Shown here: positions 1 to 11,576 of the stretch, in pieces | How the letters are laid out: every line of letters starts with the position of its first letter | How positions within the stretch are numbered: the first letter of the stretch is position 1 | From: a bacterium | GTDB lineage: Bacteria; Electryoneota; Electryoneia; Electryoneales; Electryoneaceae | Assembly (NCBI GenBank): GCA_043801585.1 | Contig: JAZDLX010000115.1 | Coordinates: forward strand, 1,912 to 65,911 | Direction of reading: 5' to 3' | DNA length: 64,000 nucleotides | Program-made: the position numbers and the translations under genes | The notes under the pieces: model-generated | The model's database searches: none | The model's input: only the letters and a program-made list of their open reading frames with translations | Told to the model about the DNA's origin: nothing

Positions 1-858
<858 letters not shown>

Positions 859-957
859 TCAGTAGCGATGTCAAACCCACACGGCAGGAGAGTCGTGCGG
901 CGAATAGTTGACCGAAGCAAAGCGTAAAAGCACAAGCGGCTCGACGGTCAACGTCAA

Positions 958-1332
958 TTAATAATCGTCGGCGTCAGGATCGATCAGAAGATCATCGTCA
1001 CCCGGTGGAGCCATTCCCTGCTGAACCTCGAGCGCTCGATCAAAATGCTCATCCGGAACGAGCAGTGTGGCCTGTGATCCATAGTAGCCGGTTTCCAGGC
1101 TGCTTGCCCCGTAGAGAGCTTCGATTAAGCATGGGATGCCCTCTTCCTCAAGCTGCTCCTTGACCAGCTTGGCGAACGCCAGGCCAGGAAGCGGATCAAG
1201 TTCGACCCAATCCTCATCTCCGACCTCTTCGAAGGTTTCACGGGCAGAACCCTCGACAAGGGGACCCCCACACTCGACGCACTCATCAACATCGTCGTCG
1301 TAGTCAATCGTGCAATTGGGGCAGTAACGCAT
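958..1332 (-). CDS. small acidic zinc-ribbon protein (CPNC...CVEC at N-terminus), function unknown
   Basis: ORF 958..1347; internal ATG (MRYCPNCTIDY...) with GGAGAG RBS; the ORF-track M1 is a TTG. CxxC-x13-CxxC ribbon followed by an Asp/Glu-rich region. Confidence 0.55.
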   Translation of the reverse strand: MRYCPNCTIDYDDDVDECVECGGPLVEGSARETFEEVGDEDWVELDPLPGLAFAKLVKEQLEEEGIPCLIEALYGASSLETGYYGSQATLLVPDEHFDRALEVQQGMAPPGDDDLLIDPDADDY

Positions 1333-1359
1333 GCAGTCACTCTCCAAGGTGTAGTCTGT

Positions 1360-3513
1360 TCAACGCTCGAGCGAGACCCTTAGCGGGGACTCGGTGACCT
1401 CCCATTGGCCTTTCCCGACATTCTGTCCGTTCGCAAAGGCCAGATAGCTGTATTTCCCGTAGTGGGGAAGTTTCGAGGCGATCGGTGCCAGAGCGTCTGG
1501 GGAGGATGCCCAAAGCACAATGTTCACGCGCGAAGGATCGTCCATATCCCGACTGGTGCCAACGATTGCCATTGCTTTGTCAGAAAGATCAGTTCCCGAC
1601 GCCGTCATTGCATCACGCGCAGCGGAGATCGTCTCCGTCTCTCCAAACATCATCACTGACCGCCCGGCGTACACCTCGGAGGAGTATTGCGAGGCCGTGA
1701 TGATTTCGGCGTTGCCTCGCCTGAAGAAATTCTCTGCGAACTGCCGGTAAGATTCCGCCATTGCGCCACTTTCCGGAACGACGACCACAGGATTATCGGC
1801 GCCATAGAATCCTGCCAGTGTCGGTGGAGCTTCCTTCGGGTCAAGGACGCGGAACAGGTGGAAATCAGGATCGATTTCCAGTTCCACGGGATGCCCGGGA
1901 ACCTCAACGCGCGCATGGTACATCCTGCCACGTACTCCACGCAAGACATCCATGAAAACAGAGTCCCCGTCGAGTTTCACTGTGATCGGGACATCCACGA
2001 CAAACGGATCGCCCTGTTGAGCCTGTTTCAGATCGAATTCAATCCGGGCGCCGTTTTTGGAAAAGTGAGTCTGAACATTCTCCACGGCGAATTCCGGGGC
2101 TCCGGTGCGGTTGATCCACTGTTTTTGGAAGACACGGAAATCTTCGCCGGAAGTTTCCGTGAAATAATCGAAGATGTCAGACCAGGAGACCCGTGTAAAC
2201 TGACGCTCAGCGTACAGTTTCCGCAGGGCGATCCAGAACGGATCATGTCCGATCTTTTTCTCGACCATGTGAAAAACCATCATTGACTTGCCATATCCGA
2301 TCGTGCGGGTGCCTGCTGTTGTGCGGCTCGTGAAGTCGCTGAGTGGGAAATCTTCCTCGTCGCCACGAATGACATAATCGGAATAGTCGCGGAGATCATC
2401 CATCCGGTACTGCTTTGCGGCTTCCGGGCTGGTCTCGACCTTCAACCGATAGTCGGCGCTGTAGACGGTCAGTCCCTCGCACCAGTTGCCACTCTCGTAC
2501 TCGACGAGACAGCCGTTGCCCCACCAGTTATGTGCGATCTCATGGGGGAGGCTGGTGAAGGGAATGAACGGCAGCGCAAGCACCTGGCTGCCGAGTAGCG
2601 TATAACTGGGCATCCCGTAGCCGGTCGGGAACCAGTTCTCCACGACGCTGAAGCGATTGAAGGGGTAGCGGCCGATCAACCGGTTGTAATCCATCAGGTA
2701 TTTCGCGGAAAGGCCAAGGTAGCGATCGACCAAAGGTTCGCTTTGAGTGTAATAATACATCGCAACTTCCATGTCCCCGGCCTGTAGAGTCTTCAGCTTG
2801 TATGGCCCGGCCACGAGATAGCATCCATCAACGGGGTGGACAGACGAAAACGTGATCGACTGGTTCGATCGATCGACGATGTTTCCCTCGACGAGACCTT
2901 CCCAATTTCCGGGCAGCTCCATGGTGGTGTTGAAAATGGAGAGGGACGATTCACCGGGCTGGACCGGGTAATACCCTGTCCAGGGCGTCAGAAAGGCGCC
3001 CTGCGGGTCGATAATCCCGGTGGTCTCGTCCGCGATTTCCCAGCGGGAAAATTCGGGCACTTGCACCACGTCGTGAATTTCACCGTGGTAGCCAAGGTGG
3101 ATCTGGGTTTTTTCCTCTCGTCCCGAGATGGGGATCGCATAGAGCGCGAGATGGTCGTGACTCTCGCTGCTCTCGGATGCAGTCGACCAGCGGGCGAGGT
3201 AGGAACCGACCTCTTCGCCATCCGCCACAAGCAGGAGTTCACCCATGACCCCACCATCAGCTTCCACATGGTCGATGGAGAGGTTTCGGTTCAGAAGGAA
3301 AAAGAACGTATCCACCGTCGCTTTCGTCCAGGTGAAATCCACAGAGCTCGTCAGCGTGTGGGTTCCCGGATCAAGGTTGTGAATGAGCGTCATCTCGGGA
3401 ATCTCTCCAAGATTCGGTTCCGCTGTCGGTCCGGAAACGAATCTTACAATAAGCACCAGGACAGCGACCACGACGAGCGCAACCACTGCAGTGAGTATGG
3501 CACGACCGTTCAT
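1360..3513 (-). CDS. M1-family zinc metallopeptidase (aminopeptidase N-like), N-terminally membrane-anchored
   Basis: 717 aa. HEIAHNWWG zinc-binding motif plus downstream Glu (NWCEG). Hydrophobic N-terminal anchor ILTAVVALVVVAVLVLIV. Confidence 0.85.
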   Translation of the reverse strand: MNGRAILTAVVALVVVAVLVLIVRFVSGPTAEPNLGEIPEMTLIHNLDPGTHTLTSSVDFTWTKATVDTFFFLLNRNLSIDHVEADGGVMGELLLVADGEEVGSYLARWSTASESSESHDHLALYAIPISGREEKTQIHLGYHGEIHDVVQVPEFSRWEIADETTGIIDPQGAFLTPWTGYYPVQPGESSLSIFNTTMELPGNWEGLVEGNIVDRSNQSITFSSVHPVDGCYLVAGPYKLKTLQAGDMEVAMYYYTQSEPLVDRYLGLSAKYLMDYNRLIGRYPFNRFSVVENWFPTGYGMPSYTLLGSQVLALPFIPFTSLPHEIAHNWWGNGCLVEYESGNWCEGLTVYSADYRLKVETSPEAAKQYRMDDLRDYSDYVIRGDEEDFPLSDFTSRTTAGTRTIGYGKSMMVFHMVEKKIGHDPFWIALRKLYAERQFTRVSWSDIFDYFTETSGEDFRVFQKQWINRTGAPEFAVENVQTHFSKNGARIEFDLKQAQQGDPFVVDVPITVKLDGDSVFMDVLRGVRGRMYHARVEVPGHPVELEIDPDFHLFRVLDPKEAPPTLAGFYGADNPVVVVPESGAMAESYRQFAENFFRRGNAEIITASQYSSEVYAGRSVMMFGETETISAARDAMTASGTDLSDKAMAIVGTSRDMDDPSRVNIVLWASSPDALAPIASKLPHYGKYSYLAFANGQNVGKGQWEVTESPLRVSLER

Positions 3514-3534
3514 CCTTTACTCCAGTATTGTCGT

Positions 3535-4299
3535 TTAATCCGGCCAAACGATATGTATCAGCAATGCAACCAAAGCGCCCGTTCCCGCTGCCAACAGGTT
3601 CACAGCGTTGTTATCCACCCACGTTACCCCACGCGCAAGCTGTCCATTTGCTCCCGCATCCAGCCTGACTTCCGTGCGTGTTCCCGAAGCGGAAATCCAC
3701 TGTCCTTGAATCCACGCTCCCGCGAGGCTATCCGCGATGCCACCGAACAACCCTGCATAAAGGACAGTCCACGTGTCACAGTTGTCAAGAATGCCAGCAA
3801 ATTTCGCCGACAGGGCGACACTCGCGGCTCCGGCCATCGAGGCAAGGGTGCCCAGTGCACTGATAGCTCCCGATTCGCCAGGCGGTGCTGTCCGCACTGT
3901 TCGTAGCGATACGGGATTCCCGCCCAGCGGACGGCCCCATTCCGTGGACCAGGTGTCCGCCGCGGCTGCCGCGAATGACGCGGACATCATCAGGCCCCAA
4001 AGACCGTTGTGATAAACGATTTCGATGATTGCAAGGAGCGTTGCCGGCAGACCGTTTGCCAACACCTGAACCAGGTTTCTCCTTCTTTCGTGACCTTTCG
4101 CTCCTCCCGGCCAACGAGTCCAGAGGCTTGAGAAAATCAGGAATGTCAAGGCAGGAACGAGTGCCGCAAATCCCCATGCTGCAAACAGCAGAATCGCCAT
4201 GGATGCCGCCGCCAGCGCACCGGGGATCGTCAGTAGTCGTAGCGCCACGAACAGATAGATCCCAGCCACGAGAACGAGGGATGCAAGGATCAAATCCAC
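3535..4299 (-). CDS. DUF92/TMEM19-family integral membrane protein
   Basis: 254 aa, multi-pass hydrophobic. C-terminal GLFGGIADSLAGA motif typical of DUF92 (TIGR00297). Confidence 0.7.
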   Translation of the reverse strand: MDLILASLVLVAGIYLFVALRLLTIPGALAAASMAILLFAAWGFAALVPALTFLIFSSLWTRWPGGAKGHERRRNLVQVLANGLPATLLAIIEIVYHNGLWGLMMSASFAAAAADTWSTEWGRPLGGNPVSLRTVRTAPPGESGAISALGTLASMAGAASVALSAKFAGILDNCDTWTVLYAGLFGGIADSLAGAWIQGQWISASGTRTEVRLDAGANGQLARGVTWVDNNAVNLLAAGTGALVALLIHIVWPD

Positions 4300-4511
4300 C
4301 AGCCCGGACCTCCATCCAGCGGCATTCGTTTCCCGGAAATCTCATCGAATCGTCAATCAGCCGAACATAACCGCAAAGGACGCCCCGGTCAACGCTGCAA
4401 TCGAGTCAGAGGCGATTCTCCTTCTCCCTGAAATCCTACCGTTTTTTTATGGATCAAGCCTTTCCTTTTCCTGTACCTTGGCAGCCCGGAGGATTACTGA
4501 AAGGGAGGGCG

Positions 4512-5315
4512 ATGAACGCCCACGGTTCACAGCCGCCCTGGCCGATGTCCAGGAGCAACCTCGCCAAATTGGAGAACAAGAAATACCGCCAGCGCTGGGG
4601 TCTTTATCTCCTCGATGGAACAGCGACGATTCGCGACGCCCATCAGGCTGGCGCCCGTTTTCACGGCATCCTCGTGGATGAACGGTATCACAATCATGAT
4701 GAGGAGACTGCTCTGGTCCAGGCGCTGCGGGGAGCAGGGGTGCCCGTTCAGGAGGTAACCGAGCCGGAGTTGTCACACATCAGCGGACTTATCACACCCC
4801 CGCCTTTGCTGGGAGTCGTTCTCGAAGAACAGGCTTATCTTCCTGAAATACCTGTCGTTACGCCATTGGTCCTGGCTCTTGACCGCGTTCAGGACCCCGG
4901 CAATGCCGGGACGCTTCTGCGTTCGGCGGCATTTTATGGCGTGAAAGAGGTATGGTTCGGAAAAGGAACCGTAGAGCGCTATAATCCCAAGGTGTTACGA
5001 GCCGCGATGTCGGCCCATTTTCACTTGAAAATCGCCGTCAATGTTGATCTCGAGAGTGAGGTCAGGCGTGCCAGAGAGAGCGGTTGCCATGTCTATGTTG
5101 CGGACATGAGGGGGGAGGAGCAGGCGATTGCGCCTGATGCATCCCGCCCCGCAATCCTGATCCTCGGAAATGAACCAAACGGTGTGGACCCGGTTTTGCT
5201 GACCCTGGCGGATACTCGCCTTGCTATTGCGAGACGTGGCCGGATAGATTCATTGAACGTTGCCATGGCGGGTACAGTCCTTCTGGATCGGCTGTACGCT
5301 GGACGAAACATGTGA
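4512..5315 (+). CDS. TrmH/SpoU-family RNA 2'-O-methyltransferase
   Basis: LALDRVQDPGNAGTLLRSAAFYG and LILGNEPNGV...SLNVA SpoU motifs. Start taken at ATG 4512; the ORF opens at 4449. Confidence 0.8.
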   Translation: MNAHGSQPPWPMSRSNLAKLENKKYRQRWGLYLLDGTATIRDAHQAGARFHGILVDERYHNHDEETALVQALRGAGVPVQEVTEPELSHISGLITPPPLLGVVLEEQAYLPEIPVVTPLVLALDRVQDPGNAGTLLRSAAFYGVKEVWFGKGTVERYNPKVLRAAMSAHFHLKIAVNVDLESEVRRARESGCHVYVADMRGEEQAIAPDASRPAILILGNEPNGVDPVLLTLADTRLAIARRGRIDSLNVAMAGTVLLDRLYAGRNM

Positions 5316-5321
5316 GATCCC

Positions 5322-6269
5322 GTGAATTCTTCTGATAACCAAAAACCCCAACGGCCACCTTATCCCATCAGTTCAGGCGACATCACCCGTGTCATTCTGG
5401 CGACTCTTCTGGTTCTGGTTGCGGGATTCACGATCGTCCTCCTGCTGACGATGACCGGAATACTGACCGGAGGGGAGCCTCCGACACCCGAGCACCTTGA
5501 GAACTGGACGAAGGAGGGGATCAGCAGCTTGCCACTGGGACTCAAGCTGATGGCGATGGTGGTCCAGGTTGCGCTGATCATTCCCGTCCTTCTGTTCCTC
5601 AGAAACCGCAAGCTTTCACCTTTTGTGTTTCTCCGAGTACGTCCTGTGCCCATTTCACTCCTCTTCTTTTCGGTGCTGGTTGGTTTTGGAATTGCAATCA
5701 TCGGTGATGAGATCAATCGATTGATTGGGCTGGTTCTGCCGATGCCAGATGAATTGTTCGAGGGACTGGCTCAGGCGATGACTCTGAAAACGACCTCGGA
5801 TGTATTGACGATGGGAGTCACCGTAGCGGTACTCGCTCCTGTCATCGAGGAAATGATCTTCCGGGGGTTTTTTCAACGCTATTTCGAAGCAACTCGCGGA
5901 GTGACATCCGGGGTACTGGTCGCGAGCGCACTCTTCGCTGTGTACCATTTCAATCTCTACTGGCTGATTCCCATTCTCCTGATGTCAACCGTGATGGGGG
6001 CGATGGTATGGAGAGCGGAATCCGTGTTTCCATCGATGATGGTTCATGCAACCAACAATATAATTGGACTGGTAACCGCGAACCTCTGGGGAACCACGGG
6101 CCCTTCCTGGTACGAATTCAAGGGACAAGTGAGTCCCTGGATGATCCTGCTGGCGCTGGTCGTTCTCGTTGTCTCATTGCGGCAGTTCTTCTCCATCGCG
6201 GAAGAGAAGGGTCTCGGCGGTCACAGTCCCAGGGGAGATGCCGGGGGACACCTTGACACCAGGGCGTGA
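5322..6269 (+). CDS. CPBP-family intramembrane metalloprotease (CAAX protease/Abi-like)
   Basis: Multi-pass membrane protein with EEMIFRG, FAVYH and HATNN motifs (the EExxxR / FxxxH / HxxxN triad). Confidence 0.8.
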   Translation: MNSSDNQKPQRPPYPISSGDITRVILATLLVLVAGFTIVLLLTMTGILTGGEPPTPEHLENWTKEGISSLPLGLKLMAMVVQVALIIPVLLFLRNRKLSPFVFLRVRPVPISLLFFSVLVGFGIAIIGDEINRLIGLVLPMPDELFEGLAQAMTLKTTSDVLTMGVTVAVLAPVIEEMIFRGFFQRYFEATRGVTSGVLVASALFAVYHFNLYWLIPILLMSTVMGAMVWRAESVFPSMMVHATNNIIGLVTANLWGTTGPSWYEFKGQVSPWMILLALVVLVVSLRQFFSIAEEKGLGGHSPRGDAGGHLDTRA

Positions 6270-7873
6270 GGATGCCGATGTCGGGTGAACGAGTCCGCAT
6301 CGGGGTGGTGATACGTGCCCGGGAAATCCACTTCGGCGTCGAGGGTGGATTCATCGCATCTGACGAGCACTTTCCGCAAGCCAACCTTCCTCCAGTTTCA
6401 CGATGGAAAGTTTCGGTGCTGGAACCCTCGGCGACTCCTCGTTGGTCCGCCCGTGTGCACTCCTTCATCCATTCAGGTGACGCTGAAATACTCGCGTCGT
6501 TATTGATAAAACATGGGGTAGATGCCCAGGTGGCGGAGATGGGCGGAGACGCGGAATGGGGTCGAGCCGGCAAGCTGTCCACATCTGTCTGGGCGGTACT
6601 CGCCGGCGGCGGAGAAGATTACGATCAGGTTTTTCTGGAAACCCGTAATACGCTTGCCAACCTTCCGATGATACCGGGTACACCTCGTGGATGGAAGCGG
6701 TACGACGACCAACTGATGCAGTTTGACCTCGTTCGTCTCGCCTCGCCCTCAGGAGGGCGTTTGCGGTTCGAAGGGGTGGATGGAACCGTTGTCGATGTCG
6801 ATTCCCCGTTCAGGTTGAATCCTCAGGGGGCTGATGCAAGCTTCGAGATCGCGAACGTACGGATTGGGGTTGATTTTCATTGGGACCACCGTGAAACTCT
6901 TGCCTTTCGCGGATCACTGGAACTCATTGCCGACGGAGACCGGGTGACTGCGGTGAATGAACTTGACCTGGATCTCTACCTGACTTCAGTGCTCGGAAGT
7001 GAAATGCGTCCTGATTGGCCGGGTGAGGCGCTCGCAGCGCAGGCCGTTGCCGCACGCTCTACTGTTCTCTCGACTCGAGGACGGCATCATTTTAACGAAG
7101 CCTTCGATCTCTGCCATGATGATCACTGCCAGGATTACCAGGGAATCAGCAGGGAGAGCGATACGGCTCGAAGGGCCTTGAAAAGTACGCAAGGCTGGTT
7201 GCTCGCAGCGGAGGATCGCGTGATGGATGCCCGTTTCGCCAAGTCCTGCGGCGGGGTGACCGATTCCTTTGCAACTGCCTGGGATGATGATCGGGTTCCT
7301 GCTCTCGAGTCTGTGTTTTGCGCGGAAGAAATGCCTTCAACCGCTGCCGAATTGATGGCCGAACATGGGGGGAGAAAGGCCGAGACGCTGCTCGAAACTT
7401 TTCTGTCGAATCCTCCCGCCTGGGCTGCGTGCAACCCGAAATTCTCGCGATACCCCGAATCGGTGACTCCGATGGAGGAGCTGTATCGGTGGCGGCGCGA
7501 GTTGACTCCGGATCAACTGAGGAAATTGATCCACCAAAGAACCGGCATCGAGCCTGGTGAGATTGTCGATATGGTTCCCCTGGAATACGGCGATTCCGGG
7601 AGGATCAAATACCTGCGTGTGATCGGTAAACAAGAGTCCGTGACGGTCGGAAAAGAACTCGCAATCCGCCGCCTGTTTTCAAACACCCATCTTCCTTCGA
7701 GTGCCTTTATGGTGAACCGAGGCGCTGCGGGAGAGTGGGTGTTCGAGGGAATCGGTTGGGGACATGGCGTCGGTCTTTGCCAGATGGGCGCCGCTGCACT
7801 CGCGGGAAAGGGGTGGGACGCAGCCAGGATCCTGCGCCATTATTACCCGGGAGCATTCATCGTTGAGAAGTGA
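6266..7873 (+). CDS. SpoIID/LytB-domain protein
   Basis: 535 aa. C-terminal GIGWGHGVGLCQMGAAALA signature of the SpoIID/LytB amidase-enhancer domain. GTG start overlaps the upstream stop codon. Confidence 0.75.
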   Translation: MRMPMSGERVRIGVVIRAREIHFGVEGGFIASDEHFPQANLPPVSRWKVSVLEPSATPRWSARVHSFIHSGDAEILASLLIKHGVDAQVAEMGGDAEWGRAGKLSTSVWAVLAGGGEDYDQVFLETRNTLANLPMIPGTPRGWKRYDDQLMQFDLVRLASPSGGRLRFEGVDGTVVDVDSPFRLNPQGADASFEIANVRIGVDFHWDHRETLAFRGSLELIADGDRVTAVNELDLDLYLTSVLGSEMRPDWPGEALAAQAVAARSTVLSTRGRHHFNEAFDLCHDDHCQDYQGISRESDTARRALKSTQGWLLAAEDRVMDARFAKSCGGVTDSFATAWDDDRVPALESVFCAEEMPSTAAELMAEHGGRKAETLLETFLSNPPAWAACNPKFSRYPESVTPMEELYRWRRELTPDQLRKLIHQRTGIEPGEIVDMVPLEYGDSGRIKYLRVIGKQESVTVGKELAIRRLFSNTHLPSSAFMVNRGAAGEWVFEGIGWGHGVGLCQMGAAALAGKGWDAARILRHYYPGAFIVEK

Positions 7874-7996
7874 TTTTCTTGTGTCCCCTGAGTCGTGCTC
7901 GGGGGGGCGTTTGCCCCTTGTACTTCAGGATAAGTTTGCGTAAGAATACTGCTTGGTTCAGATTGTCAGCTTAACGGTTATGGGCGGTTCACGATA

Positions 7997-8848
7997 ATGC
8001 TTAAATTCTCGGAAATAAAAGCCTTGGGTAAAAGCCCGAAGCTTGCAAAAACGGCTGAGGAAGTCGAAGATCGACTTCGCAGAATGCGCCGGTGGACGCG
8101 TGGACCGCTCAATCGCTTCCTGTCCTGGCTTATCCAGATGATGATTGCCGTGCCTACGTTTCTCTTTCTGAGACTCTTCAATAAGGTTCACGTCCACAAT
8201 CGAAGGAACCTGCGGATCATCGATCCGCCCTACATGTTGATCTCGAACCACCTGACCATGTTCGACGATATCTTCATCGATTCCTACGTCTTCATGCCTT
8301 GGGCCATATTCAATCTCAAGTATTTTCCATGGCACGCTCCGGAGGAGAAAAATTTCTTCCTTGGACCCATTGTCGCCTGGTTCATGAAGAAGGCTCAATG
8401 CATACCGTTAACCCGTGGCCATGGAGTTTTTCAGCCGGGAATGACGAGGTTGAAGGAACTGCTTCAGGGGAATGCGATCGTTCACATTTTTCCCGAGGGC
8501 ACTCGCAGCCGCAGTGGTGACATCAACCAGGGGCAGGTGGGAGTAGGCCGGCTCGCCTATCAGGCTAAATGCCCGGTAATCCCTCTTTACCATGAAGGAA
8601 CGAGAGATCTGCTTCCTATCGGTTCGCACCGTCTCCGTACCGGAGAACGGATGGAGATCATTGTCGGCGATCCCATCGACATGTCGGATCTGTATGCCCG
8701 CGAGGATAGCCGGGAAGTTTATCAGACCATTGCGGATCGAATGATCGACAGTTTTCGGTTGCTTCGAACAAAACTCCATAAAGAGGGTAATGGGGTCGTC
8801 GATCTCTCCCAGTATGAACCTCAACCGGAGAGTAATCTCACCTCGTGA
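7997..8848 (+). CDS. plsC: 1-acyl-sn-glycerol-3-phosphate acyltransferase family protein
   Basis: NHLTMFDD (HX4D) and FPEGTRS motifs of lysophospholipid acyltransferases. Confidence 0.8.
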   Translation: MLKFSEIKALGKSPKLAKTAEEVEDRLRRMRRWTRGPLNRFLSWLIQMMIAVPTFLFLRLFNKVHVHNRRNLRIIDPPYMLISNHLTMFDDIFIDSYVFMPWAIFNLKYFPWHAPEEKNFFLGPIVAWFMKKAQCIPLTRGHGVFQPGMTRLKELLQGNAIVHIFPEGTRSRSGDINQGQVGVGRLAYQAKCPVIPLYHEGTRDLLPIGSHRLRTGERMEIIVGDPIDMSDLYAREDSREVYQTIADRMIDSFRLLRTKLHKEGNGVVDLSQYEPQPESNLTS

Positions 8849-10056
8849 ACGACACCTCCCGCACGGCTCCTTCCGAATCGGTGCCTGCGCCTCCGGGCAG
8901 AGGGGCTAAGGGCACAAGGGCATTTGCCCTTTTCATTGCGATTGCCTTTTCGCTCTATGCCGGGATCAATGCGTTTCTGTTCGTGCAGATCACACTTGCA
9001 TCTCACCTGAGCGGAGCCGCTCGACAGGTACTTAGTGGGGTTCTTCTACTTTGGGCATTGACCTTTCCCATTGGAAGGATGCTTCCCGGTGATAACTGGT
9101 TTGTCAGGTTGTTGCGCACGATGGGCGCCTGGTATCTCGCGGTCATGGTCTATTCGCTGCTCCTCGCGCTGGTTGTCGATCTTGTGATCATCACGGATTT
9201 GCTGTTCTCATGGTTCCCACCGTCGATTCGCCAGAATCCGGTGTGGGGCAGAGGGATTCTGATCGCTGGTGTCTTGGTGGTGGCGCTTTTCGTCCTCGCA
9301 GGCTACATCAACGCACTACGGCCACGGATCGTTCGATACAGCGTTTCGATGAAAGGCTATCCAAAGGAGAAACCGTCCCTCGTCATGGCGATGATCTCGG
9401 ATCTCCATCTCGGTGCGGTCGTCACTCCGGGAAGGGCGGAAACCTTTGTCGAAAAGCTGGAAAAACTCAAGCCGGACGTGATTTGCATCGTCGGCGACCT
9501 GATCGATGAAACCCCCTCGAGGTTGCACCCTCACCTTGAACCGTTTCGCAGACTGAGACCGCGCTACGGTGTCTACTCCGTCACAGGAAACCACGAGTAC
9601 TACAATGGCCGGGACGAGAGCGTTGCCTTGATGCGTGAGTATGGAATTCGTGTCCTCGAGGATGAAGCAGTGGAAATCGCGGACAGCATCCTGCTCATCG
9701 GTGTTGAGGATCGGCCCGGTGCACTTCAGCGCCGTCGCCCCGTTCGACCCTTGGGCGAGGTTCTGGCTGCCTGGAAAGAATCTCCTTTGCCGAAAGTGCT
9801 GCTGCACCACACGCCTGTGATGATGGGGGTTGCGGATCAAAACGGCATCGGATTGCAGCTTTCCGGACATACGCACGGTGGTCAGCTCTGGCCTTTAGGT
9901 GGAATGTCAAAACGGACCTATGGCATTGCGAAGGGGTGGAAAATGTACGAAAAAGGAATGAGACTTTTCGTCAGCGTGGGGCTTGGCACCTGGGGTCCGC
10001 CGGTGCGTGTGGGAAACGCACCACAGATCGTACTGCTGACATTGCACGATGAATGA
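8845..10056 (+). CDS. membrane-anchored calcineurin-like metallophosphoesterase
   Basis: N-terminal TM helices, then GDLID / GNHEY / GHTHGG phosphoesterase motifs. Start overlaps the plsC stop (ATGA). Confidence 0.8.
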   Translation: MNDTSRTAPSESVPAPPGRGAKGTRAFALFIAIAFSLYAGINAFLFVQITLASHLSGAARQVLSGVLLLWALTFPIGRMLPGDNWFVRLLRTMGAWYLAVMVYSLLLALVVDLVIITDLLFSWFPPSIRQNPVWGRGILIAGVLVVALFVLAGYINALRPRIVRYSVSMKGYPKEKPSLVMAMISDLHLGAVVTPGRAETFVEKLEKLKPDVICIVGDLIDETPSRLHPHLEPFRRLRPRYGVYSVTGNHEYYNGRDESVALMREYGIRVLEDEAVEIADSILLIGVEDRPGALQRRRPVRPLGEVLAAWKESPLPKVLLHHTPVMMGVADQNGIGLQLSGHTHGGQLWPLGGMSKRTYGIAKGWKMYEKGMRLFVSVGLGTWGPPVRVGNAPQIVLLTLHDE

Positions 10057-10078
10057 ATCGCAGGGATCCGGTTCCGGA

Positions 10079-10597
10079 TCACGGAAGAGGGAACACCCTA
10101 TCGCGGGAAAACAGGCGGCGAAGCCGTTGAGCCTGGGAGTCGGCAATGTCAAGGAAGTTCTGGTAATCTTCGACGTCTCCGCCGGTGGGATCGAGAATGT
10201 CCGTATCCCCTGACCAGCCGGGATCACGGCCGTAGGCGAGCAGGGGCGCGACACGTCCGGCCAAAGCGGGATACTGCTTCAGGAGCGTACCTGTCTGCGA
10301 TTGTTCAACCGTCAACACAAGGTCGGCATACCTGGCCACTTCATCGTCAAAGGGTTGTGAGAGGTGTCCGGCGAGCGATTCCCCCCGCAGTCTCATGACC
10401 GTGAGCAGGACCGGATGTGCCGGCAATCCGGGGGTCGCATAAACCCCAGCGGACGAGATTTTCGGTAGCTTCCTTTCGAGCAGATTGAGTGATTCGAGTT
10501 CCGCCTGGAGACGGTGAGCGATATACGGGCTGCGAGTGATATTTGCGGTGCAAACAATCACAAGATTTTGTCGTTTTCGGACTGGAAGTAGACTCAT
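10079..10597 (-). CDS. low-molecular-weight protein-tyrosine phosphatase / ArsC-like family protein
   Basis: VCTANITRSP P-loop (CX5R-S) near the N-terminus and a DP-containing loop. 172 aa. Confidence 0.7.
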   Translation of the reverse strand: MSLLPVRKRQNLVIVCTANITRSPYIAHRLQAELESLNLLERKLPKISSAGVYATPGLPAHPVLLTVMRLRGESLAGHLSQPFDDEVARYADLVLTVEQSQTGTLLKQYPALAGRVAPLLAYGRDPGWSGDTDILDPTGGDVEDYQNFLDIADSQAQRLRRLFSRDRVFPLP

Positions 10598-10694
10598 ATA
10601 CGTAATCTCCTGTTATCATGTGCCAAGGTTGTGGAAGGATGACACGCAACGCAAGGGCAGGATGCAGTCGGTTGCACTCGATGGGGAGAATTCG

Positions 10695-11396
10695 ATGATG
10701 ATCGGAACAGTCGTCAACGCCGGGGCGGTGCTCGCAGGTGGGAGCCTGGGGCTCATCGTCCACAGCCGCCTCTCTGAACGTCACAAGGCGATCGCCTTCC
10801 AGGGACTCGGGCTGGTGACCCTGATGCTGGGATTGTCCATGGCGCTCCGCACCCTCAATCCGGTGATCCTGATTCTCAGCATCCTCGTGGGGTCACTGAT
10901 CGGCGAAAGCATGCGGCTCGAATCGAACCTTGAATCGAGCGTCGAATGGGTACGCAGCCGTTTCGCCAGGAAATCGGATTCACGTTTCACGGAGGGTGCG
11001 ATCACCGCGTTCATGATGTTTTGCATGGGATCGATGACGATCATCGGAGCTCTCGAGGATGGAATGGGGAAGGGGGCTGACCTCCTCTTTGCAAAATCGG
11101 TGCTTGACGGATTTGCTTCAATGGCCTTCGCCGCGACGTTCGGGGTGGGTGTCCTGTTCAGCGTTGTGCCGCTGCTGGTTTATCAGGGAGGGTGGACGGT
11201 TGCCGGGTATCTGCTCGGAAATCTGCTCCCGGAAGCGGTCACCGCGGAACTGAGCGCAGTCGGCGGCGTGATCCTGATCGGATTGGGTCTCAACATCCTC
11301 GAATTGAAAAAAATCCCACTGCTGAACATGCTGCCCGCCCTCTTGATTGCGATCCTGCTCGGCCTGCTGTGGCCTGCCCTGGGGCTGCACGGATAG
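10695..11396 (+). CDS. DUF554-family membrane protein
   Basis: 234-aa hydrophobic protein from ATG 10695 (MMIGTVVNAGAVLAGG...). The Gly-rich TM pattern and length fit DUF554. Confidence 0.65.
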   Translation: MMIGTVVNAGAVLAGGSLGLIVHSRLSERHKAIAFQGLGLVTLMLGLSMALRTLNPVILILSILVGSLIGESMRLESNLESSVEWVRSRFARKSDSRFTEGAITAFMMFCMGSMTIIGALEDGMGKGADLLFAKSVLDGFASMAFAATFGVGVLFSVVPLLVYQGGWTVAGYLLGNLLPEAVTAELSAVGGVILIGLGLNILELKKIPLLNMLPALLIAILLGLLWPALGLHG

Positions 11397-11576
11397 GCCG
11401 CAAAACATCAATGGTCAAGGGAAATAAACGAAACAGGATGGACAGGATGAAAACGAACCTGGAATAGAATAAATAGAATTGTTTCGAGTTGTTTGCGTAG
11501 CGGTGACCGAAACTTGTTTTGCGTCGGGTTTCCATGCCGTTCAGACGACATGCAAAATCCAAGAAAAAAAATAGTC

